A stretch of 64,000 nucleotides of DNA from Candidatus Latescibacterota bacterium (lineage in GTDB: Bacteria > Latescibacterota > UBA2968 > GCA-2709665), in assembly GCA_965248435.1 (NCBI GenBank), contig OZ252100.1:1920001-1984000 (forward strand). Direction: 5' to 3'. Within the stretch, counting starts at the first letter, position 1, and every line of letters begins with the position of its first letter. Both the position numbers and the translations under genes were made by a program. The notes under the pieces were generated by a model. It was not told the origin of the DNA, ran no database searches, and saw nothing but the letters and a program-made list of their open reading frames with translations. Shown piece after piece: positions 49,949-58,347 of the stretch.

Positions 49949-51400
49949 CTAAGAACCGTGCGATGCCAACTTCAGCACCCCTCTTGCCGCTTCGAGCCGC
50001 ACCTCCGGCGACTGTTCATTTAGGTATTTTCTCAGGGTCCTCAAATGTTCGAGATTCCCGGATTCGCCTAAACCCTCTAGCGCAAGCGTTCTCAGGTCAG
50101 TATATTCGGTTTTTTCCAAAACATCCTTTAACGCTTTCTGCGCGGCGGGCAAAGAGATTCCGCGCAGTGCCTCCACGATCGCGCGCCTCAAAGGTAGCCG
50201 GTTATCCCGAGAAAATGCGTCGCTGAGTGCCGCCACAGCCTCACCGCTCTCCATCCCCCCGAGCGCCTTTACGGCCGCGAACTCGATCGGTTCGCTCCTT
50301 GACCAGATCAGGGCTTCCCTGAGCGAGACGACGCGCCGGACATCTCCGATCGCTCCAAGCACCTCCAGCGAACGTGCCTTTTCCACGTCATTCCGATACT
50401 GGATGTCCCCCAGCTCTGATGAAATCCCGGAACCGAATCCAAGTATTGCGAGCGTCCGTGCCGAGGCCAGCTTTATGGGGTTTATCGGATCTGTTCTGAA
50501 AGCCGCCATAAGGAGCGGAACGGCGGAGCTATCTCGGATGTGGGCGAGCCCCTGTGCTGCCAGACTTCGATCCGAAGCATTCCCGGCCGTCGAGAGCATC
50601 TCTTGCAGGTAAGGCCCGATCGTCTTGGAGCCAGTCGTCCCCAGTGCCTCCAGGCACCTCTGACGCACGTCATAGTATCTTATTTGTTTGAATGCTTCGC
50701 CCAAATACGCGGCCGCCGTAGAATCGCCAAATATCTCCAGCGCCTCTATTAACACAATATCGAGCATCCGCGAGTCCTGGCTTAGCAGACGCTCACCGAT
50801 TGCGGGCAGACTCTCTCGATCGCCAAGTCGGGCAAGCGCGACCGCAGCAGCGCCCTGTACTAAGGGGTCAGGATCTTCACGAAACGCTGTGCGAATGTCG
50901 GCAATCCCTTCAGGCCTTCCGAGACGCCCTAGACCACCCACTGCACTCGATCGCAGGTGGCCCTCTTCCGCATTCCGCAGAACGTCCCTCAGCATACCTG
51001 CCGTGCCAAGGTTCCCCAGACGTTCCAGGGCAGTGGCCGCCTCCATACGAAAGAAAAGGTCCCACCTCTCATCATCCAGCAGGGCCTTCAGAGGCGCCTT
51101 CGCCCTCTGGTCACCGGATTGACCCAGCGCCCGAATCGCCCTGAAGACAATGACACCGCTCTTTTTTGAAAGGGCCTGGACGAGCACCCGAGTCAAACGC
51201 GGGTCATCTGTCTCCTGGAGCAGGTCGATGGCGTTTGCTGCTAGGACACCTTCCACCTGCTTGTCCTCGAGCAGGTCGAACAAGGTATCTGTCGCTTCCC
51301 TTTTTGATTGAGTAAGCTCCTCCTGGTCGACGCCGCAACCCCACACCAAGAACGAGACCAATATTGCACCTGCGTAATTCAGTATTCTCCTGGTCGCCAC
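49949..51400 (-). CDS. HEAT-repeat (PBS lyase-like) lipoprotein
   Basis: LVWGC lipobox and many A..ALG.LG repeats. GTG start after AGGAGG. Confidence 0.8.
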   Translation of the reverse strand: MATRRILNYAGAILVSFLVWGCGVDQEELTQSKREATDTLFDLLEDKQVEGVLAANAIDLLQETDDPRLTRVLVQALSKKSGVIVFRAIRALGQSGDQRAKAPLKALLDDERWDLFFRMEAATALERLGNLGTAGMLRDVLRNAEEGHLRSSAVGGLGRLGRPEGIADIRTAFREDPDPLVQGAAAVALARLGDRESLPAIGERLLSQDSRMLDIVLIEALEIFGDSTAAAYLGEAFKQIRYYDVRQRCLEALGTTGSKTIGPYLQEMLSTAGNASDRSLAAQGLAHIRDSSAVPLLMAAFRTDPINPIKLASARTLAILGFGSGISSELGDIQYRNDVEKARSLEVLGAIGDVRRVVSLREALIWSRSEPIEFAAVKALGGMESGEAVAALSDAFSRDNRLPLRRAIVEALRGISLPAAQKALKDVLEKTEYTDLRTLALEGLGESGNLEHLRTLRKYLNEQSPEVRLEAARGVLKLASHGS

Positions 51401-51440
51401 TTCTACCTCCTGATCGTTCTCCCGTTGATCGCGGTCTGGT

Positions 51441-52445
51441 TTAACTTCCAAATTCTCCGAGCACACCGGTAAGCTCCTCTGCCCCTTTACCCATAATGAT
51501 AGAAATGTCCCACTCGAATTCACCCTTTCCGGGTACGATCCCACACGCCTTAACGCCCTCCGCGACATCCAGGCGATCCACCTGAGAAGTAGACGGCTCC
51601 AGGGCAATGTGATGGAGATTATTCCATCCCCCTTCGTTTATCCAAAGGCCGAGAAAGGGAAGCTTCTTCGCGGGAAAGAGAAATCCAATGAACTCGCCGT
51701 TCGGATAAAGCAGAGCACAGCGGCCTTGCTCCATTCGAGTCGTGAAGATCTTTTCGGCCTCTTTGTTTCTGCTAGAACGAAGTGCGCTCCGGTCGTAAGA
51801 CTTATTCAGGGTCAGATCCGTTACCTTCGGCCAATCGTGAAGCGTTTGGGGCGGTCCAAGACGATCCCCGGTGCTCGAATAGGCCACGACATTCGTACCC
51901 TCCGGGATCAAGATCTTGGTTCGGGTTTCGGCTTTGAAAAGCGGATGAAACGCGTATAGAAACGGCATGTCGTAGGGACTCTCGTTAACCACGCGGTAGG
52001 AGAGGCGAATATAGGGCTGGTCCATTCGAGCGAGCATCTCGAAGCTGATGTCGCGCTCAAACACGTAAGGGAACCTCACGCCACGCACACTCATCTGGAC
52101 CCGTCCCGGCTTGACCTGATACTCCCACGGAAGGGTCCAGACTTCCCCGTGGTCCGGTACCCTCACGGCATCCCAGGGAAAGATGGGATAGGGACAGGGA
52201 CCCACCGTGGGGAAACAATCATCCGCTCCGTCCCGCTCGTAATTTTCGAACGAATCTCCATAGGTACGGTGGCGATACGAAATATTTGTTCGAGATAGAA
52301 ACTCACGTTTTGTCTTCTTGTTGAGCAAGGAGATCATTTTCCCGCCGAGTGCGGGCAGAACAGTAAGGGAGAACCTGGTGCTGTCCATCGTGAGTGCCGT
52401 AATATCTGGTTCGAGCTTCTCTTCCTTTACTTTCATCTTGTTCAT
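51441..52445 (-). CDS. Galactose mutarotase/aldose 1-epimerase-like protein
   Basis: PALGGKMISL, DDCFPT, PDHGEVW, FHP, LGLWINEGGW and ALEP. Confidence 0.75.
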   Translation of the reverse strand: MNKMKVKEEKLEPDITALTMDSTRFSLTVLPALGGKMISLLNKKTKREFLSRTNISYRHRTYGDSFENYERDGADDCFPTVGPCPYPIFPWDAVRVPDHGEVWTLPWEYQVKPGRVQMSVRGVRFPYVFERDISFEMLARMDQPYIRLSYRVVNESPYDMPFLYAFHPLFKAETRTKILIPEGTNVVAYSSTGDRLGPPQTLHDWPKVTDLTLNKSYDRSALRSSRNKEAEKIFTTRMEQGRCALLYPNGEFIGFLFPAKKLPFLGLWINEGGWNNLHHIALEPSTSQVDRLDVAEGVKACGIVPGKGEFEWDISIIMGKGAEELTGVLGEFGS

Positions 52446-52531
52446 GGCAATCTGTCCTTTCCCCGTCAATTAAGATCTAAAGGCATCTCAGATGAAACTC
52501 GACCCTCAGTCATCCGAATCCCAGGGTCCGC

Positions 52532-53392
52532 CTAGGTTCCAACAAAGACATCTTGATAGACCTGCTTCAGAAATTTGAGACCTTCACTCGCAAGCTGCTC
52601 CGGAGAATCCGCCAGCTGCCTCCAGATACAGATCAACTTCGCGATCCGCTCCATAGCCGGATCGAACGATTCGATCGTGATGCATCCGTCATAACTCACA
52701 CTGTTGAGCGCCTCGAAAAAGTCGGTCCAGGGAACAAGCCCTCTCCCGGGTATCCCCCGCTGGTTTTCACAAGCGTGCACGTAGCCGAGGTGCTTGCCCG
52801 CGTCCAACACCGCCTGAGGGATATCATCCTCCTCGCGAATCATGTGAAAGGTATCCAGGTGGACCATGACATTCGACATCCCGACATCCTCTATGAACCT
52901 GACGGCGTCGGAAGCGATGTTGATGAAATGCGATTCGAACCGATTGAGCGGTTCGATGCCAATAATGAGATCTGAGGTCTCCTCTGCATATTCGGCGGCA
53001 GCCCTGCACGCCTCCACGCCCCATTTCCATTCATCCTCAGACCGCATTCTCCCAGACAGGTACCCCCACCCACAGTAGATGGCCCCGCCAAAGACTTTCG
53101 CACCTGCCTCGTTGCTCAGATCGATCAAACGCCTTGAGAAGTCCATCCCGTTCTGGCGGACCTTCGGGTCAGGGGATATGACGTTGTACTCGGGCGGCAT
53201 CCCGTAGCCCGTGTTGATCGTCAGACCCAGGTCGCCGGCGGCCCGTTTCGTCTTCTTGGCTGGAAAATTGTCTGGATCGAAAGGGATGAGCTCGACGGCA
53301 TCGAATCCCATCTTCTTGCATTTATCCAGAACGGGCAGATCCTTCTCTACGAACGTCTCTTTGAACAGGAGAGAATGGATTCCGAATATCAT
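52532..53392 (-). CDS. D-psicose/D-tagatose 3-epimerase family
   Basis: GIEPLNRFE, HLDTFHM, HACEN.RG and IESF metal-binding motifs. Confidence 0.88.
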   Translation of the reverse strand: MIFGIHSLLFKETFVEKDLPVLDKCKKMGFDAVELIPFDPDNFPAKKTKRAAGDLGLTINTGYGMPPEYNVISPDPKVRQNGMDFSRRLIDLSNEAGAKVFGGAIYCGWGYLSGRMRSEDEWKWGVEACRAAAEYAEETSDLIIGIEPLNRFESHFINIASDAVRFIEDVGMSNVMVHLDTFHMIREEDDIPQAVLDAGKHLGYVHACENQRGIPGRGLVPWTDFFEALNSVSYDGCITIESFDPAMERIAKLICIWRQLADSPEQLASEGLKFLKQVYQDVFVGT

Positions 53393-53428
53393 CTCACATT
53401 CCTAAACTGTTTTGCGGTGACACCCTGA

Positions 53429-54457
53429 CTAGAATTTTCCGTCCCTGCGTTCATACATCGTCGGCTTGTCCAATACCCTCCCGGCATTCATCACCCAGGA
53501 TGCAACCCACAGGGTGACCTGTTCCAGATCGACTCGGGGAGGCCCAAGCAGGGAGATCAACTTATCCGACTTTCCGAGGAATGCCAGCTCACTCTCGGCG
53601 CCCTCGAAGATCGGTTCCACTCCCATCAACTCCCCCAATCGAGTCGCCAGCCGACGGCTCGAAATCGGCTCTGGACCGGTCAGATTGAACACGGGCGGGG
53701 GGCTGTCGCACAATGGGAAGCACCGGGCGAGATAGGCGTTCGCGTCCCCCTGCCAAATCTGGTTCACGTAGCCCGTCGTGAGGTCGATCGGTCTGCGGCG
53801 CCAGACCTTTTGGGCAACGTCCAAAATGATCCCATACCGTAGTTCAGTGGCGTAGAACAGCCGGATAATCACAGCGGGAGTTCGCTGTCGTTCTGAATAG
53901 AAGCCGACCAGCCGCTCCCCGCCCAACCTGGAAGCGGCGTATTCACCTACCGGATCCTCGTCAGAGGTCTCGCTTGCGCCGCCCAACGACACCTGTGTAA
54001 GGCCGTAGACATTCCCTGTCGAAACCAGGACGATCCGCGACCTTGGAAATCGCTGAACGACCTTGGCGGGAAGCAGCGTGTTCGTCGCCCACGTCCCGGG
54101 TTCGTTCCCTGTCGTCCCGAACTTGGACCCGGCCAGGAGGATGATGTGATCTATGTCCGGAAGCGCTTGAAGGCTTTCATCGTCAAGAAGATCGCACAAG
54201 ATCGTACGGACGCCTGCCGCTTCCAACGCCTCCTGAACTCCTGCGGTGGAAAACCTGGAGACCCCGATAACCCCTTTGGCCCCCGCCCGAATCAGCAGCT
54301 CCGCCAGCGATGGACCCATCTTCCCCGCAGCTCCCAGGATCAACACCTCCCCGTCGATCTCGGAGACGGCCTCGACGACCTCCGGGGAAGGCCGTGTCAT
54401 CTGCTCGAGCAGAGCATCTTCTGTTTCCAGTGGCACCCGGGTCAGGCTCGCATCCAT
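53429..54457 (-). CDS. NAD-dependent epimerase/dehydratase
   Basis: ILGAAGKMGP, STGNVY, GEYAASR, RLFYA and NQIWQGDAN. Confidence 0.85.
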   Translation of the reverse strand: MDASLTRVPLETEDALLEQMTRPSPEVVEAVSEIDGEVLILGAAGKMGPSLAELLIRAGAKGVIGVSRFSTAGVQEALEAAGVRTILCDLLDDESLQALPDIDHIILLAGSKFGTTGNEPGTWATNTLLPAKVVQRFPRSRIVLVSTGNVYGLTQVSLGGASETSDEDPVGEYAASRLGGERLVGFYSERQRTPAVIIRLFYATELRYGIILDVAQKVWRRRPIDLTTGYVNQIWQGDANAYLARCFPLCDSPPPVFNLTGPEPISSRRLATRLGELMGVEPIFEGAESELAFLGKSDKLISLLGPPRVDLEQVTLWVASWVMNAGRVLDKPTMYERRDGKF

Positions 54458-54789
54458 CGTCCTCAAAGCGCGCCGACCCCCAGCAGGCTTTTTACATAAA
54501 TCAATATTAAACAAATATATATTCCAATAATTGGACCCGAAAACAACCTTCGAATCCTAATATAGAACGCAAACCCGTTCAACACAACCCAAAATTGACC
54601 GACTAGACCCTGAAAATGCTGGACTTGAGTCCCGGAAGGTGCGTCTAAGGGTGTCTATCAGGAGACCTTCAGGCAGGAAAAATACGGAGTGGAGGACCGC
54701 TTAAAGGAGAGGTGAACCGAAACTGATCTTCTATCTTGCACCCTACTCGGTACCCGAACCCCGGTACCCGTGTTTTGTATTCCCGGATT

Positions 54790-56247
54790 CTAATCCAATC
54801 CCAGCCGTTCCCAGATCTGATCTACACGCGCCTTGACCTCGTCGCTCATGACGATCTTTTCGGGCCAGTCTCGGGTGAAGCCCTCCTCAGGCCACTTCCG
54901 CGTCGCGTCGATGCCCATCTTGGACCCGAACGTAAATGATCGGCTCGAGTGGTCCAGCACGTCGATCGGACCCGGGGTGAAATGGACGTCCCGTTTGGGA
55001 TCGATGTTGTTCAACGTCACCCACCAGGCTTCCTTCGCGTCTTGAACATTCACGTCTTTGTCCAGAATAACGATCACCTTGGCCAGCATCATCTGGCCGA
55101 GGCCCCAGAGGCCGTTCATCACTTTATACGCATGCCCAGGATACTGCTTGTCGATCGAAACGAAAACGAGGTTGTGGAAGATTCCTTCCGCCGGCATGTG
55201 ATAATCCTCGATCTCCGGAAGCATCAACTTCATCAGTGGGAGAAAAATCCTTTCGGTGGCGTGCCCCATCCAGAAATCTTCCATGGGAGGCTTGCCGACA
55301 ATAGTGGTCTGGTAGACAGGATTCTTGCGCATCGTCATCGCTGTGACGTGGAATGCGGGATAGTGGTCCGCGAGGGAGTAGAAGCCGGTGTGGTCACCAA
55401 ACGGGCCCTCCCGAACCAGCCTCTCTGTAGGGTCGACATAGCCCTCCAGCACGATTTCAGCTTCGGCCGGCACCTCCAGGTCGACCGTAACACCTTTCAC
55501 GAGCCCCATCGGGCTTCTGCGCAGAAAGCCCGTGAAGATAAATTCGTCGATCGCGGGCGGCAATGGGGCCGTCGCGCTGAATACCGCCGCAGGATCTCCA
55601 CCTAACGCGACCGCGACTTCGAGCCGCTCGCCACGACGCTTTGCAAGCTCGAAATGCCGGGCGCCCACCTTGTGTCGCTGCCAGTGCATCGCCGTCTTGT
55701 TTCTGTCCAAGACCTGCATTCTGTACATGCCGACGTTGCGCACGCCCGTTTCCGGGTCCCGTGTGATCACCAGGGGCATCGTAATGAACGGCCCGCCGTC
55801 CTGGGGCCAGCAGGTCGTCACCGGGAGTCTCCCGAGGTCTACTTCGTCTTCTCTCAGGACAGTTTCCTGACAGACGCCCGAGCGGACCCTCCTGGGGGGA
55901 AAGCTGGTCATCTCCTTGAGCATGGGCAGCATCGCCAGTTTTCCCATCAAGGAATCGGGCACCTCCAGCTTGAGCATAGCCGCAAGGCGGTTCCCGATCT
56001 CATCCAGATCATCCACGCCAAGAGCCATCGACATCCGGCGCCTGGAGCCGAAAAGATTGATGCCGAGGGGGATCTCACTGCCTTTGACGTTCTCGAACAG
56101 CAGTGCCGGACCGCCGTCCCGGCTTTTCATGATCCTGTCTGCAATCTCCGTCACCTCGAGGGTGGGGTCCACCTCTACGCCGATCCGCCTCAACTCGCCT
56201 GAGCGGTCGAGATCGGAGATAAATTCTTGGAGATTCTTATAGGCCAT
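54790..56247 (-). CDS. UbiD-family decarboxylase (probable menaquinone biosynthesis, MqnL-like)
   Basis: WPQDGG, NVGMYR, EGPFGDHTGFY, GKPPMED and KMGIDAT. Confidence 0.9.
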   Translation of the reverse strand: MAYKNLQEFISDLDRSGELRRIGVEVDPTLEVTEIADRIMKSRDGGPALLFENVKGSEIPLGINLFGSRRRMSMALGVDDLDEIGNRLAAMLKLEVPDSLMGKLAMLPMLKEMTSFPPRRVRSGVCQETVLREDEVDLGRLPVTTCWPQDGGPFITMPLVITRDPETGVRNVGMYRMQVLDRNKTAMHWQRHKVGARHFELAKRRGERLEVAVALGGDPAAVFSATAPLPPAIDEFIFTGFLRRSPMGLVKGVTVDLEVPAEAEIVLEGYVDPTERLVREGPFGDHTGFYSLADHYPAFHVTAMTMRKNPVYQTTIVGKPPMEDFWMGHATERIFLPLMKLMLPEIEDYHMPAEGIFHNLVFVSIDKQYPGHAYKVMNGLWGLGQMMLAKVIVILDKDVNVQDAKEAWWVTLNNIDPKRDVHFTPGPIDVLDHSSRSFTFGSKMGIDATRKWPEEGFTRDWPEKIVMSDEVKARVDQIWERLGLD

Positions 56248-56297
56248 ACGCCTCATATCCTCAGGTGATCATCTCAGATTTCTTGAGAGTGGGATAT

Positions 56298-56918
56298 TCA
56301 GGATCCCTCTCTCTGTCTCCGTTCCAACTCCGCCTGATACTCCTCAGGCGTGTCCAGATCCCGAAGGATTCCCGCATCTTCTTCGGGCAATTCCAAAGTG
56401 TCCTCAGGATGCCCCCGCATGACCGGTTTCAGCCCCTGATCCTCCGACAGGGCCGCAATCTCTTTTCGATATCGGTTCAGGTCCAGCAGCGCCGGATGCC
56501 CTCGCCTTCCCCGATATGTTGGGATCACGATCCCCTTCGCCCCATCTCGATAGGCCGAAACTACACGGCTCACCACCCCAGCCTCGATCTGGGGCTGATC
56601 CGCCAGCGCGATCAGGGCCGCGTCGGCCGAGCCGGGGAGTGCGGAAATCCCGGAACGAACGCTGGACAGCATTCCCTTCGGATAGTCGGAGTTCAGGCTG
56701 AATCGCACGTTGCGGCCGGCCAGGCTCTCCCGCACCAGTTCGGCACGATGTCCAAGGACCACGACGATCCCGTCCAAATCGGCCGAAAGCAGTGCATCTA
56801 CGACGGACTGAAGGATGGTCTTTTCACCGAAGGGGAGCAGCTGCTTGGGTGACCCCATTCTGGAGGAGATCCCGGCGGCGAGGACAATCGCATAGACTTG
56901 CTTGGGACCCACGGCCAT
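56298..56918 (-). CDS. MocA/YgfJ-like nucleotidyltransferase (molybdenum cofactor cytidylyltransferase family)
   Basis: VLAAGISSRMG.PKQLL, GMLSS, LADQP, GRRGHP and DLDTPEEY. Confidence 0.88.
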   Translation of the reverse strand: MAVGPKQVYAIVLAAGISSRMGSPKQLLPFGEKTILQSVVDALLSADLDGIVVVLGHRAELVRESLAGRNVRFSLNSDYPKGMLSSVRSGISALPGSADAALIALADQPQIEAGVVSRVVSAYRDGAKGIVIPTYRGRRGHPALLDLNRYRKEIAALSEDQGLKPVMRGHPEDTLELPEEDAGILRDLDTPEEYQAELERRQREGS

Positions 56919-57069
56919 AGGGCTATAGTATAACAAAAAGCTTGAGGGCGAACCATAAATTAGGGTTACACAACCACATACAGGAATGATAGTGCAAAAA
57001 GGCCAGTTTATGGCCCTCGTAACCGACGAAATAAGCCCTTGTATATTTTTATCTTGCATCCCCAAACGA

Positions 57070-57190
57070 CAAACAAAGCATGGGGTTCGGGCGGGCTGTG
57101 ATTGAGAGGGATGGAGGTCCCAGAGGGCGACCGGCGTTCCCACCGGTCACTGACCCCTGCGTAAATGCTCGTAAGTTGCACTTTTGCTCA
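57070..57190 (-). ncRNA. Candidate structured RNA
   Basis: Minus strand has a 10-bp GUGACCGGUG-GGAA-CGCCGGUCGC stem (GNRA loop, G-U pairs), a GGGA-CCUCCA-UCCC hairpin, a closing stem and a U-rich end. Promoter TTGATT-N17-TATTGT at 57195-57223. Confidence 0.4.
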
Positions 57191-57344
57191 ATACACAATA
57201 TGGCATAACCCCCATAAAATCAATAGGTTTTTCCTGAAATAGTATTCATTTATCTTGACATTTCAATTCTAGAGATTAAATTTTTCCAGATTCATTCAAG
57301 TCTTCGCGTAGAAGAAGCCCATAAACGGAGCAGAAACAGCGGCC

Positions 57345-57584
57345 TTGCATTGCGAAAGTTGTGGAGAACGTGCGGTAACCCGTGCCGTGACGCGCGTAAG
57401 TGGTGGCGAAAAAAGGGTTTACTATTGGTGTGATCCTTGTGCCGATGCAGAGGAACGGGAACCTGCCCCACTAACCAGGCCTTGCGAGCAGTGCGGTCAG
57501 AAGGAAGGAACGGTTAAGCTGACCCGGATGAGGGAGGGATATCGAACCGTCTCATACCTCTGCGAGGCCTGCGCGTCGAGTTAG
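57345..57584 (+). CDS. Small protein with two McsA-like CxxC...CxxC zinc-finger modules
   Basis: CESC-X22-CDPC and CEQC-X22-CEAC. GGAG upstream and TTGACA at 57255. Confidence 0.7.
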   Translation: MHCESCGERAVTRAVTRVSGGEKRVYYWCDPCADAEEREPAPLTRPCEQCGQKEGTVKLTRMREGYRTVSYLCEACASS

Positions 57585-57612
57585 TGTCAAGCTTTTTAGG
57601 CTGGGGAAACCC

Positions 57613-58332
57613 GTGGAAGAAAACCGGACAGTTCTCGTCGTCGATGACGATCCAGATTTCCTGAGAGGAATCTCCGATACCCTCGGAAGAGAGGGCTACG
57701 AGGTCGTCACGGCCCGAATCTGGACCGAGGCGATCGCCGGAATCCAGGAGAAGACCCCGGACCTGGTCCTTCTCGACCTCACCCTGCGTACAGTGAGGGG
57801 CGAAACCTTGCTTCAGTTTATCCGTGAGCTGGACGAGCATCTCCCGGTTGTCATCGTCTCCGCGGAATTCGACGAGGATCATCTGGCCAGGCTCGGGGCA
57901 CGGGGATTTGTGCGAAAACCGTTTCAGGAGGATGACCTCATACTCGTTATCGAACAGGTCCTTGCTGAACACCCTGCCCCTCCCCTCGAGCACGCCCCCG
58001 CGCCAGCTGCGACGCTTGAGTCCGAGGCAGGAAGCGCGCCTGAGGTGCCGCCCTTGCCGAGCGGGCAGACTCCTTCTCCGCCGCCGGCTCCAGCTGTGTT
58101 GCCAGGGACGGGCGCAGGGATTTCGGAACGTCAGCGTCAGACTGAAATCACCAGACCACAAAGCCGAAGAAGGCGAACCGGAAAACGCCACAGCTCTTTC
58201 GCAAAAGGCTTCCGTGGATATGCACTCGCCTTCGTTCTTTGCCTGCTGATTGGCCTTTTGTTCTGGGTCGTCAGACAAACGTTTTCTGTCGGATTTTTCG
58301 GCGTTAGTGTCACCAAAACTACAACAGAGTGA
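57613..58332 (+). CDS. Response regulator receiver with a Pro-rich linker and C-terminal TM helix
   Basis: VLVVDDD, LLDL and RKPF, then a Pro-rich region and ALAFVLCLLIGLLFWVV. Confidence 0.85.
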   Translation: MEENRTVLVVDDDPDFLRGISDTLGREGYEVVTARIWTEAIAGIQEKTPDLVLLDLTLRTVRGETLLQFIRELDEHLPVVIVSAEFDEDHLARLGARGFVRKPFQEDDLILVIEQVLAEHPAPPLEHAPAPAATLESEAGSAPEVPPLPSGQTPSPPPAPAVLPGTGAGISERQRQTEITRPQSRRRRTGKRHSSFAKGFRGYALAFVLCLLIGLLFWVVRQTFSVGFFGVSVTKTTTE

Positions 58333-58347
58333 CGTCTGGTTTCCCAT

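Noticed and set aside
56919-57143. Long N-terminal extensions from the ORF track (also at 343, 15829, 41108, 48217, 51607)
   Set aside because: They run through promoters or neighbouring genes. Downstream starts fit SDs, signal peptides and family N-termini better.
57070-57190. Moco riboswitch upstream of the MocA-like gene
   Set aside because: A GNRA stem is present, but the CCUCCCG...GGAAAGG 3' module overlapping the RBS is not, and the element is about 150 nt from the start codon.
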